Assembly: GCA_009103225.1 (NCBI GenBank)
Contig: RHPI01003020.1
Span: 240,724-298,845, forward strand
Source of the DNA: Chlorokybus atmophyticus
Taxonomy: Eukaryota; Plantae; Mesostigma and Chlorokybus algae
Direction: 5' to 3'
DNA length: 58,122 nucleotides
The position numbers and the translations under genes are program-made. Positions 12,927-28,496 of this stretch are shown in pieces (the stretch's first letter is position 1; each line of letters starts with the position of its first letter). The notes under the pieces were generated by a model. That model saw nothing but the letters and a program-made list of their open reading frames with translations. It did not search any database and was not told where the DNA came from.

Positions 12927-15280
12927 ATGGGGGGTGAGCGAGAGGGTGCGGGCGGGGCCGGGCCGGAGGGGCGGGCGGAGGCGGCGGCGACGCTGGCGGT
13001 CAGAGCTGCTGGCGATCATGCCAGTGCAGATGGGCGCAGAGATGCCACTCATACTGTCGATATTCCCGCCCGCGCTGCCTCTCTCACGTTCACTGAGCGG
13101 CTGGTCGCGGGGGCTGCTTCGCGCGGATTCGCGCAGGTGCGTTACATGGCATCATCTTGAATCAAGATCACTTAGGGTTTCGCTTTTGGTAACAGTAACG
13201 ATTTTCATGTGTTGTCTGTTTAAAAGCAATTGTCCATGACGGAGTAGAGCACTGCACTTGCACTTAGCCGGCCTGCTACTGTACATGTGTGTTGAGACTG
13301 TTCTCGCGCATTGCTCACGTGAGGTAGTTGCTTATGCAGTCCCCAAAGCGTCCTAAATGAACAAGGTTAGGCGATTGTTCTCACAATATGCATTGTCAGT
13401 AACTCGCTGTGACGTGTACATTGTTTTGCGAAGTTCACTGGTTGCAGTTTGCTGTTTTCGTTTCTGCGATGCTGCACATGGACGTACGCCATGAGGGGGG
13501 TTTTCATTGTCAGTTAGTGTCGCACGACTTGAACTACAGTACATACGTCGGTAGAGGTGGGTGTAGTGCACAATTGACATGTCTGTTTGAGTGTGACGCA
13601 CACGCACACGCGCGCGCGCGCGCGTACGCACGCACGAGAACATCCTCATGTTCAATACGCTTGCCATGTGCACAGGCAAATGCATGTGCGCCCACATGTG
13701 TGCTTTCGCATGCACAAACGCCTTTGTGCATGCGTGCATGTGCTCATGCTTTCCTGTGCAGACTTTGTTGCATCCACTCGAGGTGTTGAAGACGTTTGTA
13801 CAGTCTGCGCAGCCCGATGCGGCCTGGCGCAGCGCTCGGAGCGGGCGCGCTCTCCTGCGCGGCATTGGCCCGCAGGCCACGCTGGCCTTCCCTGCTGGCG
13901 CCTTGCAGTTTGCTGCATATGAAGGCGTGTTGGACCTGCTCCGCAACCTGGAACCTGATAACAACGGCAGGTATGCGCACTCTTGTCTGTTGTGTTTGCG
14001 CACTGCCCATGCATTTGTTGAGCTTTGAAGTACTGTTGCTGCATAATCTATTTTGTGCAACCACATGCGTGAGTGCGTGTGCTGACACACTCATAAACAC
14101 AGCACGCGCATATGTGAATACGCATCCATCTGTGCATGCTTGTAAGTTATCAATTTGCACGCTCTGTTGGTGGTTGAGGGCGTTTGAGTGCTCAGCTGGT
14201 CTTTGTTCGGTGTTGTGGGTGATTTGCAGTTTCATATAAAGTGAGGCTAGAGTAAGTTGGTGAACTGAGCGCTGAATGGCATGTTGAACTTGCATTGTGC
14301 ACCAGGGGCTGGCAGCAAGCGCAGAACTTTGGTGCGGGGCTTGTAGCGGGTGCTGCCGGTGCCGTAGGCGCCAGTGTCGTGCGTGTTCCACAAGAAGTGC
14401 TCAAGCAGAGAATAGCAGTAAGTAACCATACAGTACAACCATGTGTTTGTCCTGCGCGCACTACTACACTCAAATAACACCTTCCACCACCTTGGCAGAT
14501 AGGCATATATCCCAACATGCTGCAAGCCGTGCCGATCATGTATCAGCAAGGTGGTTTGCTGGCGTTCTACCGCGGGTTTCAGGCGCAGCTCAGCCGCGAC
14601 GTGCCGTGGAACACACTCTCTTTCTGCTTATACGAGCAGCTGCGCAGCCGCATGAATCGCAGCAATAATACACCATTAACATACTGGCAGTCCCTCGGCG
14701 TGGGTGTGGCTTCAGGCAGCATCTCCGCGGTCCTTGTCACGCCACTCGATGTGGTCAAGACACGCATTATGACCGGCCAGGCCCTCGGCACCAATGTGGT
14801 GGAAGTGGCCGCTGCCATTGCCCGCACAGAAGGAGTGTCCGCACTGTTCAGGTATTTGTTGTTGGTTCGAATGAATGCAGTGTTGGTTCAGGGAGCTGTA
14901 CCAAGCAGCTCAGATATGTGTTTGCGTCTCATGTATCACATATAGTGTGGGGTTGTCGTCTTGTAGGCTTGTAGCTGCTTCGACTCACTCCCACTGCTTG
15001 CAAAGGCACAAGTCTCACATGTTGTTTCTTATGTTGCAGGGGCAGTCTGCTGCGTGTTTTACACTTGGGACCCTTCGCGGCTCTGACCCTCTCTACCTTC
15101 GACTACCTCCGTGTACAAATCCTCGAGCGCAAGCAAGCCGGGGGGCCTGTAGATACCCTTGCGTTGTCCCGGCCTGCTGAGCGGCCCACTCCGACAATGA
15201 ATTGCTGGCGGGAGAGGTCCCGTTGTGGTGACATGTGGTGCACTCAGGTGCTGGAAGCGTGCGAGTACCACTGGCACTAG
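12927..15280 (+). CDS. Mitochondrial carrier family (SLC25) protein, S-adenosylmethionine-carrier-like, 5 exons
   Basis: Three carrier repeats with PX[DE]XX[KR] signatures: HPLEVLKT, VPQEVLKQR, TPLDVVKTR. Also FYRGFQAQLSRDVPW and a C-terminal extension. Stop at 15280. Substrate assignment is from remembered similarity (RVPxEVxKQR) only. Confidence 0.88.
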
Positions 15281-16805
15281 TGAGTGTGTTGTGTATTATA
15301 TTGAAATGGCCTGTAGATAAATAATTGTGGGGTGAGGGTGGTCTATTCTTTGTGCACAGTAAGCCGCATGTGCACCAATAAGTTGTGAGACAACATGAGT
15401 AGGATGGGTGTTGTGTATTTAGGAGGCTGGCCAGGTTTTTCCTTTCTGCTGCTGTTGCTGCTTACTACAGACGGGTGTATGTGTTGGGTACAAGTAAGCT
15501 ACAGTATACACTTAAGAGACAGGAACATTAACCACTGTGCATTTGTGCAGCATGTCAGCCAGACTACTGTTAGCCACGGGGTCTATGTGCATTGGCACGT
15601 CAGTTATACCAAACAAACGCACAAGGCAGACGCAACACAAGCCATGCGCAAGTCACCACAGGTACAGACGCTTCTATTAGGACAGGGTAAGGGCACACAA
15701 ACTATATGCTCTAAGTACGTACCAGTTGGTGAGGAAGCGGAAAGGGATAGACAAAGGACAACAGAAGTTGGGCAAAGAGCTAGACCTGTTGGCGCAGAAG
15801 GTAGAGTCTGCGTGAGAGACAATGAGCTTGCAGGCAGGTGGGCAAGAAGTAGCCCATGACTGCATCGTGCATAGGGTGGAGGGGTCTAGATTATCAGTAC
15901 CCACCATACACATACAGTCAAACAAACAACCATTAACAACTCATTCTCCAACTCATTTAGACTAGGGAAGCTCTGTATGCGAGAGGGTCGTAAGTCAAGT
16001 GCTGTTATGTACCATGTGCTGTGCATAGGTGTTGGTTGGCTGTTATGCGACGGAATGGCATAAGGTATGAGATGTAGGGCAAAGCACCACAAGCAGCAAG
16101 CAAAGCAGATACAAAGACAGACAAGACAGGCAACACTTCAATTATCACAGGGGCTTTACATCTATGTGCTCTAGGCATGCTTGGCTACGTGTGGCGGTGA
16201 AACTGTGAGCCCAATCCTGCACATTTGTACATATCGAGCTTTTGTAAGTTGTGCACGTAGGCAGACATGCCCCGAGGAGAACAACCAGCTGCAACGCAGC
16301 AGATGAAGACTTGACTGTATAACGCTGTACCTGATGACGACCATCATGTGTGATAAAATCTAAGCTGCCTATCAACTTCACGTGTTTGCTTAGCTGGTTT
16401 TGCAACCTTCAACTGCACACCAGAGCTGTACATGCAGCAGTTGATTGCTGGGTGTGTGCGTGTATGCACGAGCCGTGGCTACAGCAGTTATCTGATGGTA
16501 ACCCATTCGTGGTATGGTGACTATTAGCGCGCGTCGTCTGATGTAAACCAGCCCCTGCTGCGTGCATCAGAGGCACATGTATATCACTAAGTGAAGCAGC
16601 CCAATCGGTGCACTGCCTGCTGTAAAATGTTTTCCAACAGAACCCAACCAAACGCAAGCTATACAAATCACCTGAAACTACTACACATCCTCGATTTAAC
16701 CTACTTCCCCAATACAGACCCGACAACTAAACAACTACGCTGCGCTTGAACACAACAAAAGTGTATATCCCAACATTACAACCTGGGCAGACACCACGCT
16801 CTCTT

Positions 16806-18719
16806 TCAGCTTTGCTGCTTAGCAGTGGACAGCTGAGACGCGGCCTCCGAGTCCGTCAACCACATCACGCTGCCGGCCATTGGCCGCACCAGCTGCGCGG
16901 GCAGGCTGCCCCACGCCTGCTCCTCCTCAAGCACCTTGTGAACCATCTCTGCCTTGCCTGCGCCCGCCGCCGCAAAGACAACCTGCCAACAACACAACTG
17001 TGAACAGCAGCATATGAGAGGTGGGAACCAACTGCTAGCGCAGTGTACCAAGTAAGGCATAGAGGGTGTGGCAGTATAGCATAGCATGATAAACAGATAC
17101 AGAAGTGTACAGGTGTCCAGGAGAAAGGCAATTGTGTTGTACTTGACAGTGCGTGACCATCGAACTTGCGCATTGACTTGCAGAGCTAGCAATGGCATGG
17201 CCTATGCTCAGATGTACAGGACAATGCTAGCCTTACCTGGGATGCAGAGTTCAGGACCGGCAGCGTGAGCGTAATCCTCTCTGGTGGCGGCTTAGGCGAG
17301 TCGAAGATGGGTTTGACCCATGCGGTCGACTCCTTGAGCAGCGGGTGGTTCGGGAACAGCGAAGCCACGTGGCCGTCGGGACCCATACCCAATAAGATCT
17401 GCGTGCAACACAACAATGCAGCAGCGCTCAGAGCGGATAGTTCAACCCCAGAGGAATGGAATCCAATAAATCAGATGCACTTATTACCATGTCAAAGCGA
17501 GGGAAGTTGCTCTCTGCAACAGCCAGTGTCCCACGCTTCACAAGGGACCTGCAACATGGGAAAGCACGGGGGGTGAGCCTTAGTACAAATGATATGGCAC
17601 AACGCAGGGGCTGTCTAAAAAATGGCCCCTTTACGCAAGCACTACGTACGGCTGTAAGTGCAGCATCACATACCCTCAACACAATAGGTGCACTTCATGT
17701 GTACCATAACATACTGATTGATAGAACCACAAAGTGTGTACAATAGCACAGATACGAATATATACGAACATGTTTGCAAGCACTGGGCGTGTACATGTGC
17801 ATACACATAGTTACAGCAACAGAGACACGCGCAGACCCACACTCACTCAAACAGACAGAGACACGCATCCACGCATGCATCTGCGCGTGAATGCACAGAC
17901 GTACAGCAGCGTCTCGTGGTATGCAGTTGCTGCCTGATCACAAGGCACGCCCTCCTTTAAGTGGTATATCTGCTCGCGGGGGATGCTCACTTTGGACAAA
18001 AACATGTCCTGCATGTATGCACCAAGCCATGAGCAAAGAAACATCATGACAACACGCAACAAACAACACAAAGAGTGAACACGACGCTCACCCATGCGCC
18101 TTTGTAGTTTGAGTCTTCGGAGGTTAGAGGCACGCACCGCTCATCCGCCCAGAACACGTGCCATTTGGTGAAGTCGCACTGCACTGCGTACGGCGGGTTC
18201 GCTAGCCGGCCGAGCATCTTGATATGGGCACACGCGACACAAAATCAGCTCACTTGTTCTCATACGTTGCACATACATGACAGTAACACACGCGCATGCA
18301 CACACGCGTGCACACGCATGTGCATGTGCACGCACAGCAATACACCAAGACATACATGGAGCATGTACATTGTATGCTAGTAGTATACATATACATAAAG
18401 TCAGTGCATGCATTGATGAGCGGCACTGACTTTGATCTGTGAGCCGCCGGACAGGACGAGCGTGAACACGCCATTCTTAGCAATGGATGCAATGGACGCG
18501 TCCGACACCGCCTTTGCCAAGCCTTCGGCCACCGCATCCGCTGAGTCGAACACCTGTTGAAGGGGGTTAGCGTGTGTTGGGGAGTGTTCACATAGCCAAG
18601 GTATGCGTGTCAGTGGTAATAATTTGAATCACACAAACCTCGACAAGAGCTGACTTGACAGCCTGGTTGCCAAGGGAGGCATTGAGAGGCAGCGTAACGA
18701 CGCTGCGATGCGTCGACAT
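16806..18719 (-). CDS. PGL: 6-phosphogluconolactonase
   Basis: Spliced motifs [32 protein letters not shown]|[43 protein letters not shown] and LPAQLV. A longer N-terminus from ATG 19100 is possible (see findings). Confidence 0.95.
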
Positions 18720-19527
18720 GCTCGCTGTTTGCTGCTTGATTGGAGACAACCCAAACTACGATGTCACAAGCATGGTTTTCAGTAACTCAGCACCTAAGCG
18801 CATCATTCACGCACAGTTGGGGCATGCGTGCAAGAGTGCAAAAGCTCCGTTAGCTGTGGCTGTGCCAGCTGTGCCAGCTGCTCGCTGACGTGACTTTGTG
18901 CGTACATGCAGAAGTGAAGGCGTTGACTGCACGCACATAAGTTTGCGCAAGCTGTCACACCTGATGAGATGGGATGAAGCGGCCTTCAGTGCCAAGGAGC
19001 GAGCGCTTGATTTGGTGCTTCCTTGCCTGGACTGGAAACGCTCCGCAAGCACGCCTCTGGCCGGACACATGGTTGTTGACGACGACGGCATGCATGACAT
19101 GTATAACAAGCATGACAAGCATGCGCAGGCATGGCAAGCATGCGCAGGCATGACAAGATTCCACTCTCAACAACGCACCTCAGCCGCAGCAGCAACGCCT
19201 CGATGCAAGCTGTCTCGGCCGACCACCACCAAGCTTCCCCTGGTACTAGCAGCAACGAAGACACCGCCAACGACACCGCCGCCCATATCACCAACCAAAT
19301 CTACTTGTAAGTGCATTTCCAGCTTTTTGCACACTGCACAGCTAACAAAGCCTCAGCGTGTCCAGGAGCAATCCACTATATAGCTCACCGTGTCCACGCT
19401 TGTTTGATCCGCTGTAGACACGCTTTGGTCTGCCAATCCTAGTGTGAACTCGTTGTGTCTTAAAGCGTGTCCGAAGCTGTCATGCTGTGCTCCGCAGCGT
19501 GTCCAACAGTATACAGCGTAAGCTTGC

Positions 19528-21006
19528 ATGGCGGCGGCGGCGGCGGTGGAGGAAGTGGTGGAGCAGCACGAGGAGGAGCAGGAGGTGTCGTCGTCCTCGT
19601 CGTCAGGGAGGTCGGGGAGGAGAGGGTTTGACTCTAGACAAAGGCGGGCGTGCTGGAACAGGGCGCCGGTTGTGCCTGGGAGACACCCTGACAGGTGTGT
19701 ATGAGCATGAGTGTGCGTGTGCGTGTGCGTGTATGTGTCGGTGTTTTTCCAGTTCGGTTGTGCGAGATAATTACTGTTGAGAAATCGCTGCATGGCTGTG
19801 CATGCGTGCAGGTGGAGGTATGACGCAACGGGCAGTATCGTGTGCTCCAGGCTGGCCAACTGCATGGGGTGCCTCTGCTACGAGTACGACCACATCATCC
19901 CTTACTCCAAAGGTATGCACACATGCTTCACAGCGTGCATAATGTGAATGTTGTTGGTAGTGCGGAATGTGTATTACCTGCACGTAGCTGTACGGCTGGT
20001 CACGCAACACACACACACACATTAGCTATGTCAGCCACATGTGTGCATGGCATGTCACCTATATACACCCATATACACTGCATGCCCAAACCTGCACAGG
20101 CTGTTTGTTCTTGTGTATGTATGCGCATGTTACTTGAATGTATCTCTGCAATGCTGTTGCGGACAGTACAGCTGGCCACGACCTCTCGTTGATGCATGCA
20201 ATGTTTGTTGGAGTTTGCCTGCAACACATGCCCCAAAGGTCGAAACTGGATGTGGGTTGTGTCGCATGCATAGCTCTGCTTGACTCAGCATTGATGCACA
20301 ATGGGCATGTGTACGTCATAGTACGCACACATGCGCAACATGCGCGCACGCACGCGCACGCGTGCGTGTGCTGTGTAACGTGGCAAACATGTGCTGCTCA
20401 GGTGGGCCGAACACGGTTGAGAACTGCCAGCTGCTTCAGACGCGAGTGAACCGGTCAAAGAGCAACCAGGAAGAGCTAACCCAAGAGGACCTGCAGGCAT
20501 ACTCCTGCGCCCTCAAGTTCTCTGGTAGCACTTGTGCTCCACTGCTTTCATTGTAAATACTCACTCGTATACCTATGTGCTCACTGGCTCATTCACTTGT
20601 TTACATTCGTATTTGTATGCATGGCATGCACACTTGCGTAGTGATATGCGTGCGCGCGCTTGTGTGTATGCAGTCATTCCCGGTTGTCAATCAGCAGTCA
20701 CAACTCACAGCTGCTGGGAACTTGACAAAATTCTTTAACAGTACTTACAATTGCTGTCGCTTGTCTGTTCTGTCTTCCACAGATGTGGAGTTGGACTTAG
20801 TCGAGATGGCGGTGTTTGGCAACGTGGAGCGTCCTGGCCTGGTATGCAAGTGCAAGAGCTGGCTGGACTTCGCCAACAGCAACGTGCGAAACAACAATCA
20901 CAACAACCACAACAACCATCGTAAGAAGCAGCAGCAGCAGGAGCTGCCCAACTGCGAGAGCCCGTTTGGCAACTTCAGCAGCGCCGGCTTGAGGACAGGT
21001 AGCTGA
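19528..21006 (+). CDS. Plant-type HNH endonuclease-domain protein, 4 exons
   Basis: Spliced PGRHPDRWRYDATGSIVC...CMGCLCYEYDHIIPYSKGGPNTVENCQLLQTRVNRSKS...DVELDLVEMAVFGNVERPG. This matches my recollection of the conserved land-plant small HNH family (Arabidopsis At1g18680-like). Confidence 0.9.
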
Positions 21007-21456
21007 CACATGCGCACTCTGCGTGTGTAGTTACCATTGCCTGTATTATTGCCTGTATTATTGGCTAGAACTAGTGCGGCCAACATCTTCGTTGGCACGT
21101 GCACATGACCCACCCACACTCGTCAATCGCACACAAGTGTGGGAGTTAGCAATTTTGGTAGTAGCCATGTGCGGTCTGCATTCCCCTGTGGGATATTGAC
21201 CATGTGTGGTTTGCATGGCCTGGCAGTCAGAATATTGTTGCGTGCGTGCATGCGCGCATGCATGCACGTGCGCAGCTGCGTGGTGCTCGCTAGTGTTGAG
21301 CATCTGTCCTCATTGAACATGGCTTGCTGTGCATGAGGTGCGTGCCCGTCTGCACTATGCCCAGTGCGTGTGCGCGTGCGCGTGCGAGGTTATCGCCCTG
21401 CATGGCATATCTGCTGCTTGATGGTCTCAGTATCTCAGATAGACTGGGTTTTATGG

Positions 21457-23160
21457 TCAACACACGCCAGCATTTGTTCTGCTAAGTGCCGTCAGTGTTG
21501 CTGTCATTGCATAGGTATTCTGATGGCACAGGTAATCAAGTATCGGGTTCATCTTCTCAAAATTGCCGAACTGCAAAGCACACCATTCAAGCCTGCAAGC
21601 AGGTGAGAATTCACGCGGCCAGCAGAGAGCAGGCGCTTGCATGTAAAGTACTTCCAAGATATGCATGTTAACACTGGTGTGATGTAATTGATGCCGTTGT
21701 GCAAGCCATGATGGCCAACACGTGCAACATTCCCGCCACATGTTGACTGCTGCGTGTACTACAACCGCACTAGACAAGGTTGATAATTGTGCGCGTATGT
21801 GTGTCACACAACCAAACATACTGTACAAATCAGTTGGGTTACCAGCAATGTCAACAGCATTCCACCCGACAAGCACCACACACACATACCCCTTCATCAT
21901 TCTACATCTACGACTACAAGGCTTGAACCGTCCCGGTCGTGCATGCACACCCAGTTGGCATGTACTGCAAACTTGTGAGTAGTGTTCTTAGGTGTGCGAG
22001 AGTTGGGTTGCGGAGTGGAGCAGAGAAACCCATCCTCCCGCGCGTGAATCAACCAGCGCACTTCACCTGTGGTGCCGTTGCACATCAAGCACGTCATTGC
22101 AAACGGCTTTCGCTCATATAAACACAACACCATATGTCCAGTTGTTCTGCAAGTAGGTCTACTATCTCTCGTGACAGCGAAAACAGTAGCGCCAGTCCAG
22201 GACACCCCAGAAGATGCAGTCCTGGACCATAACGATAGTTGTCTTCCATTGCAATGCTGGGGGTCATCGGATATGACCTTGAGCAAAGCCAAAGCCATGG
22301 GGAGCAGCACCAACTCCTCCTCATTGGTCGCACGACTTAATGACATCAAGTAATCCACTCTGAGGATGCGCTGTTGGGTGGTGCCATTGGACACTCTTAC
22401 ACCACCTTGAGAGTGTGCCCACATCAACGTCATCCGCGTTCAGCGTGACGGACGGCCTGCGGGTAATTTTCCTGTAATAACAATCAAGTAATTAAAGTAA
22501 CGTCTTGAGTTGGCAATGGCAACACCTTAGAATAGTCTAGGTCCGTCCACACCCAAAGTTTGACTTGTCCTCGTCCCAACACACAATTGTGTCGCCATAG
22601 ACAGCCATGACCACCTCCATCATGGCGATACTTCTGCAACGTACAGCACGCTTGATGTCCCACACCTCCAAGCGCAAACAGTTGTGCTTTGGATAACCCT
22701 CAAACACCTCTACAGCCACAAACAGCAGCTCCCCATTCCAGTAAAGACGGGTGTCCAAGTCCCGAGCGCCATCACCATCATCACCCTCACGCAGTGGCCC
22801 ACACGCAATGCTTGAACAGCTGTCATCCAACAGGTTCCACACATGCAGCTCCCGCTCATTACACGCTCTATGCAGGCAGGCCGACACCACGCAGTCAGCG
22901 CCACAGAACGCACGTCCAAGACATCGTTGTTGTCTTTGCCCAAAAGGCAGTTCTCTGTTGGGTGATGTGTGCCCTGCTGCACATTGTCACCAGGTGATGA
23001 ATGCGCGACACTAAAGACCGTGCGCCAATTAGCGAGCCAGCTGGGGTTCTGTCTCCGTCGCTCTGCATACACGGGGTAGTCTCTCTCACAAAACTTCTGC
23101 CAGAGGCTGTCTTGCTTGGATGTTGCCCTCCAGTGCCTGGCGCACAAGCATGTGTGAGAC
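21457..23160 (-). pseudogene. Probably disrupted F-box / beta-propeller-like gene
   Basis: An F-box C-terminal half (CARHWRATSKQDSLWQKFCERDYP...NWRTVF) is followed by propeller-like strands (ELHVWNL, LRLEVWDIK, TIVCWDE, SLVVVDV). These lie in different frames with no credible introns between them, and the F-box N-terminal half is not in frame. Limits are approximate. Confidence 0.5.
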
Positions 23161-25162
23161 TGCGTTCACTGTTGCAGGCAGTGTGTTGTGTTTGCACGCG
23201 AAGAGGTTGGAAGTTTCCAGTTGAAAAGCCTCCTTGCAGCAGCACACTAGCAGTGCAAAGCATAGCACAAAAGCTGTAAGCCGACAACACAAGCTTACAA
23301 CAGCACCAGAGAGGGCAGTCACATCAACAACCCACCCCCACACAATGTTACAAAAGCATGACTGCCTGGACTGCAGCCGGATTAAATGTGCTGTCAGCAT
23401 GGAAGCTTGAAACGGTAGTAAGCTCCCAATGCTATGAGTGTTGATCAAACTTAAGCTTGCCAGCAGTCACTGTCTCTCACGCAACCAGAAGAACTCGCAG
23501 AACAAACCACCTGGATGTCAAGATGCCAAACAAACCAGTACTGAGCCGGACAGTTGTCTGCATGCGTTTGCAAACAACACCCAAACCAGCATAGCGCGTC
23601 TCTTTTGTTCCAGCCAGCAATCCTCCTTACTAGGCAAGCTGAGGGACTGACAACGCACATAGAACGCTGACAGTCACTAAACAAGCAACTCTGCTGTACA
23701 CAAAGATTACAGCAACTGGGCAATCTTAGTCTCTGTGCTGCAAACTTCCCGGCAGACCGCAGAAGCAGCCACAGCGTCTTGCCATCCCGCACTCTCCAGC
23801 ACCAACCTTTGTTCTACGCACTGGCGTCGCCTGTTAACTTACTTCCGCAGGCCTCTTCATCCTGGGTAACTGCCATGCAGGCCTGTCCAAGATTGTTGTG
23901 ATCACATGCGTCCTGTTGCGAGAAAGCTGGACCCGCAAAACTTAGTGTACCTCATGGCCAGTGCCGTTGCCGTAGTGATGATCTACTGTTGTACCCTCCT
24001 CCTCCTCCTCCTCCTCATCTTCGCACTCATCCTCGAGAACAGCGCATGTGGATATTGCTCTTAATCAGTCTGGCCCGAGCACTTCTTGTGCAAGCAAGTT
24101 CATCAATGCCGGCAGGTTGCATCGCTTGGTGCAGGCTTTGACCTCATCAGACAAAGATACGAGTACCCTGGCCGGATCTGTGGTGCTGCTGAGCTTGCTG
24201 GCGGGCAAGGCATGGTTTGTTTGATCAACCTGGCAGACAATATCAACGTAACTCTTAAAGCTCTGGCAAAGGAAGCTGCTGACGTGCCCGTGCAATGGTC
24301 GGTCAAGGAAGCTGTGAAGGTTACTGCGGCTGACCAGAAAGCTGCGACGGCCATAGCAAAAGCAATACCAGCAGCGCCCCGAGTGTGGGTTGACGACAGA
24401 ACAAAGTGCTCTCGCATCTGCCGTTCCTCCCCATCTCATCCGCACACTTTTGGACTGTGTGTCAGTGCACGGCTCAGATGCTTGATAATTCCTGCATGTG
24501 GCATGGTTGTAGGCGATGAGATCGTGTCCGACATGTAGACAGCATACGAAGCAGCGCAAGCCAGTGCTGGCGCACCTCCAGGCGCAGGCGAATGGCTGAC
24601 TGGCAGTCGTTGAATTGGGCTTGCATTCATCGCAAAGGGCAACAAAAAGAAGTGGCAATGTCATCTACCGCAAACAGAAGCCCCCATCCAGTGCTTGTCA
24701 TGCATATGTGATGATATGGTCGTGAAGAGGTGGAGTATGTGTACATGTCAATAAGTGTGACGTGTTTGTCATATACACCTCTTCCATTAAAATCCTTTTT
24801 GCCCGTAGGGGTCACAGCTGTGACCAGCTACATTACTTCTGATGCTAGCACAGTCCCTATATCGCTGATTATGCTGGTCAACAGGCAATGCTGAGAGCGC
24901 ACGTTGAACAGGTATGCTGTGCAGAGGACACGCAAGTGCATGCGTGCTGGACCAGTGCAAAGGCAACTTCTTCGAAAGGGTGCACAGTGATGCACATGGC
25001 AACAAATGACGCATATCATCGGTGATGTAGAACATGCACTGGCAACTGCCAGTGTGCCATGTGGCCATCACATTGCTGTTGAGGCCGCCACTGCCAATGC
25101 CTTACATATGCCTGTACAAACTGTACAAGTAGTTGTAACCTTGAAACAACTGACCTGATTGC

Positions 25163-28496
<3,334 letters not shown>

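Noticed and set aside
12401-12928. 175-aa minus-strand ORF running into the 89-bp repeat
   Set aside because: No recognisable domain, low-complexity start, and it overlaps the carrier 5' region.
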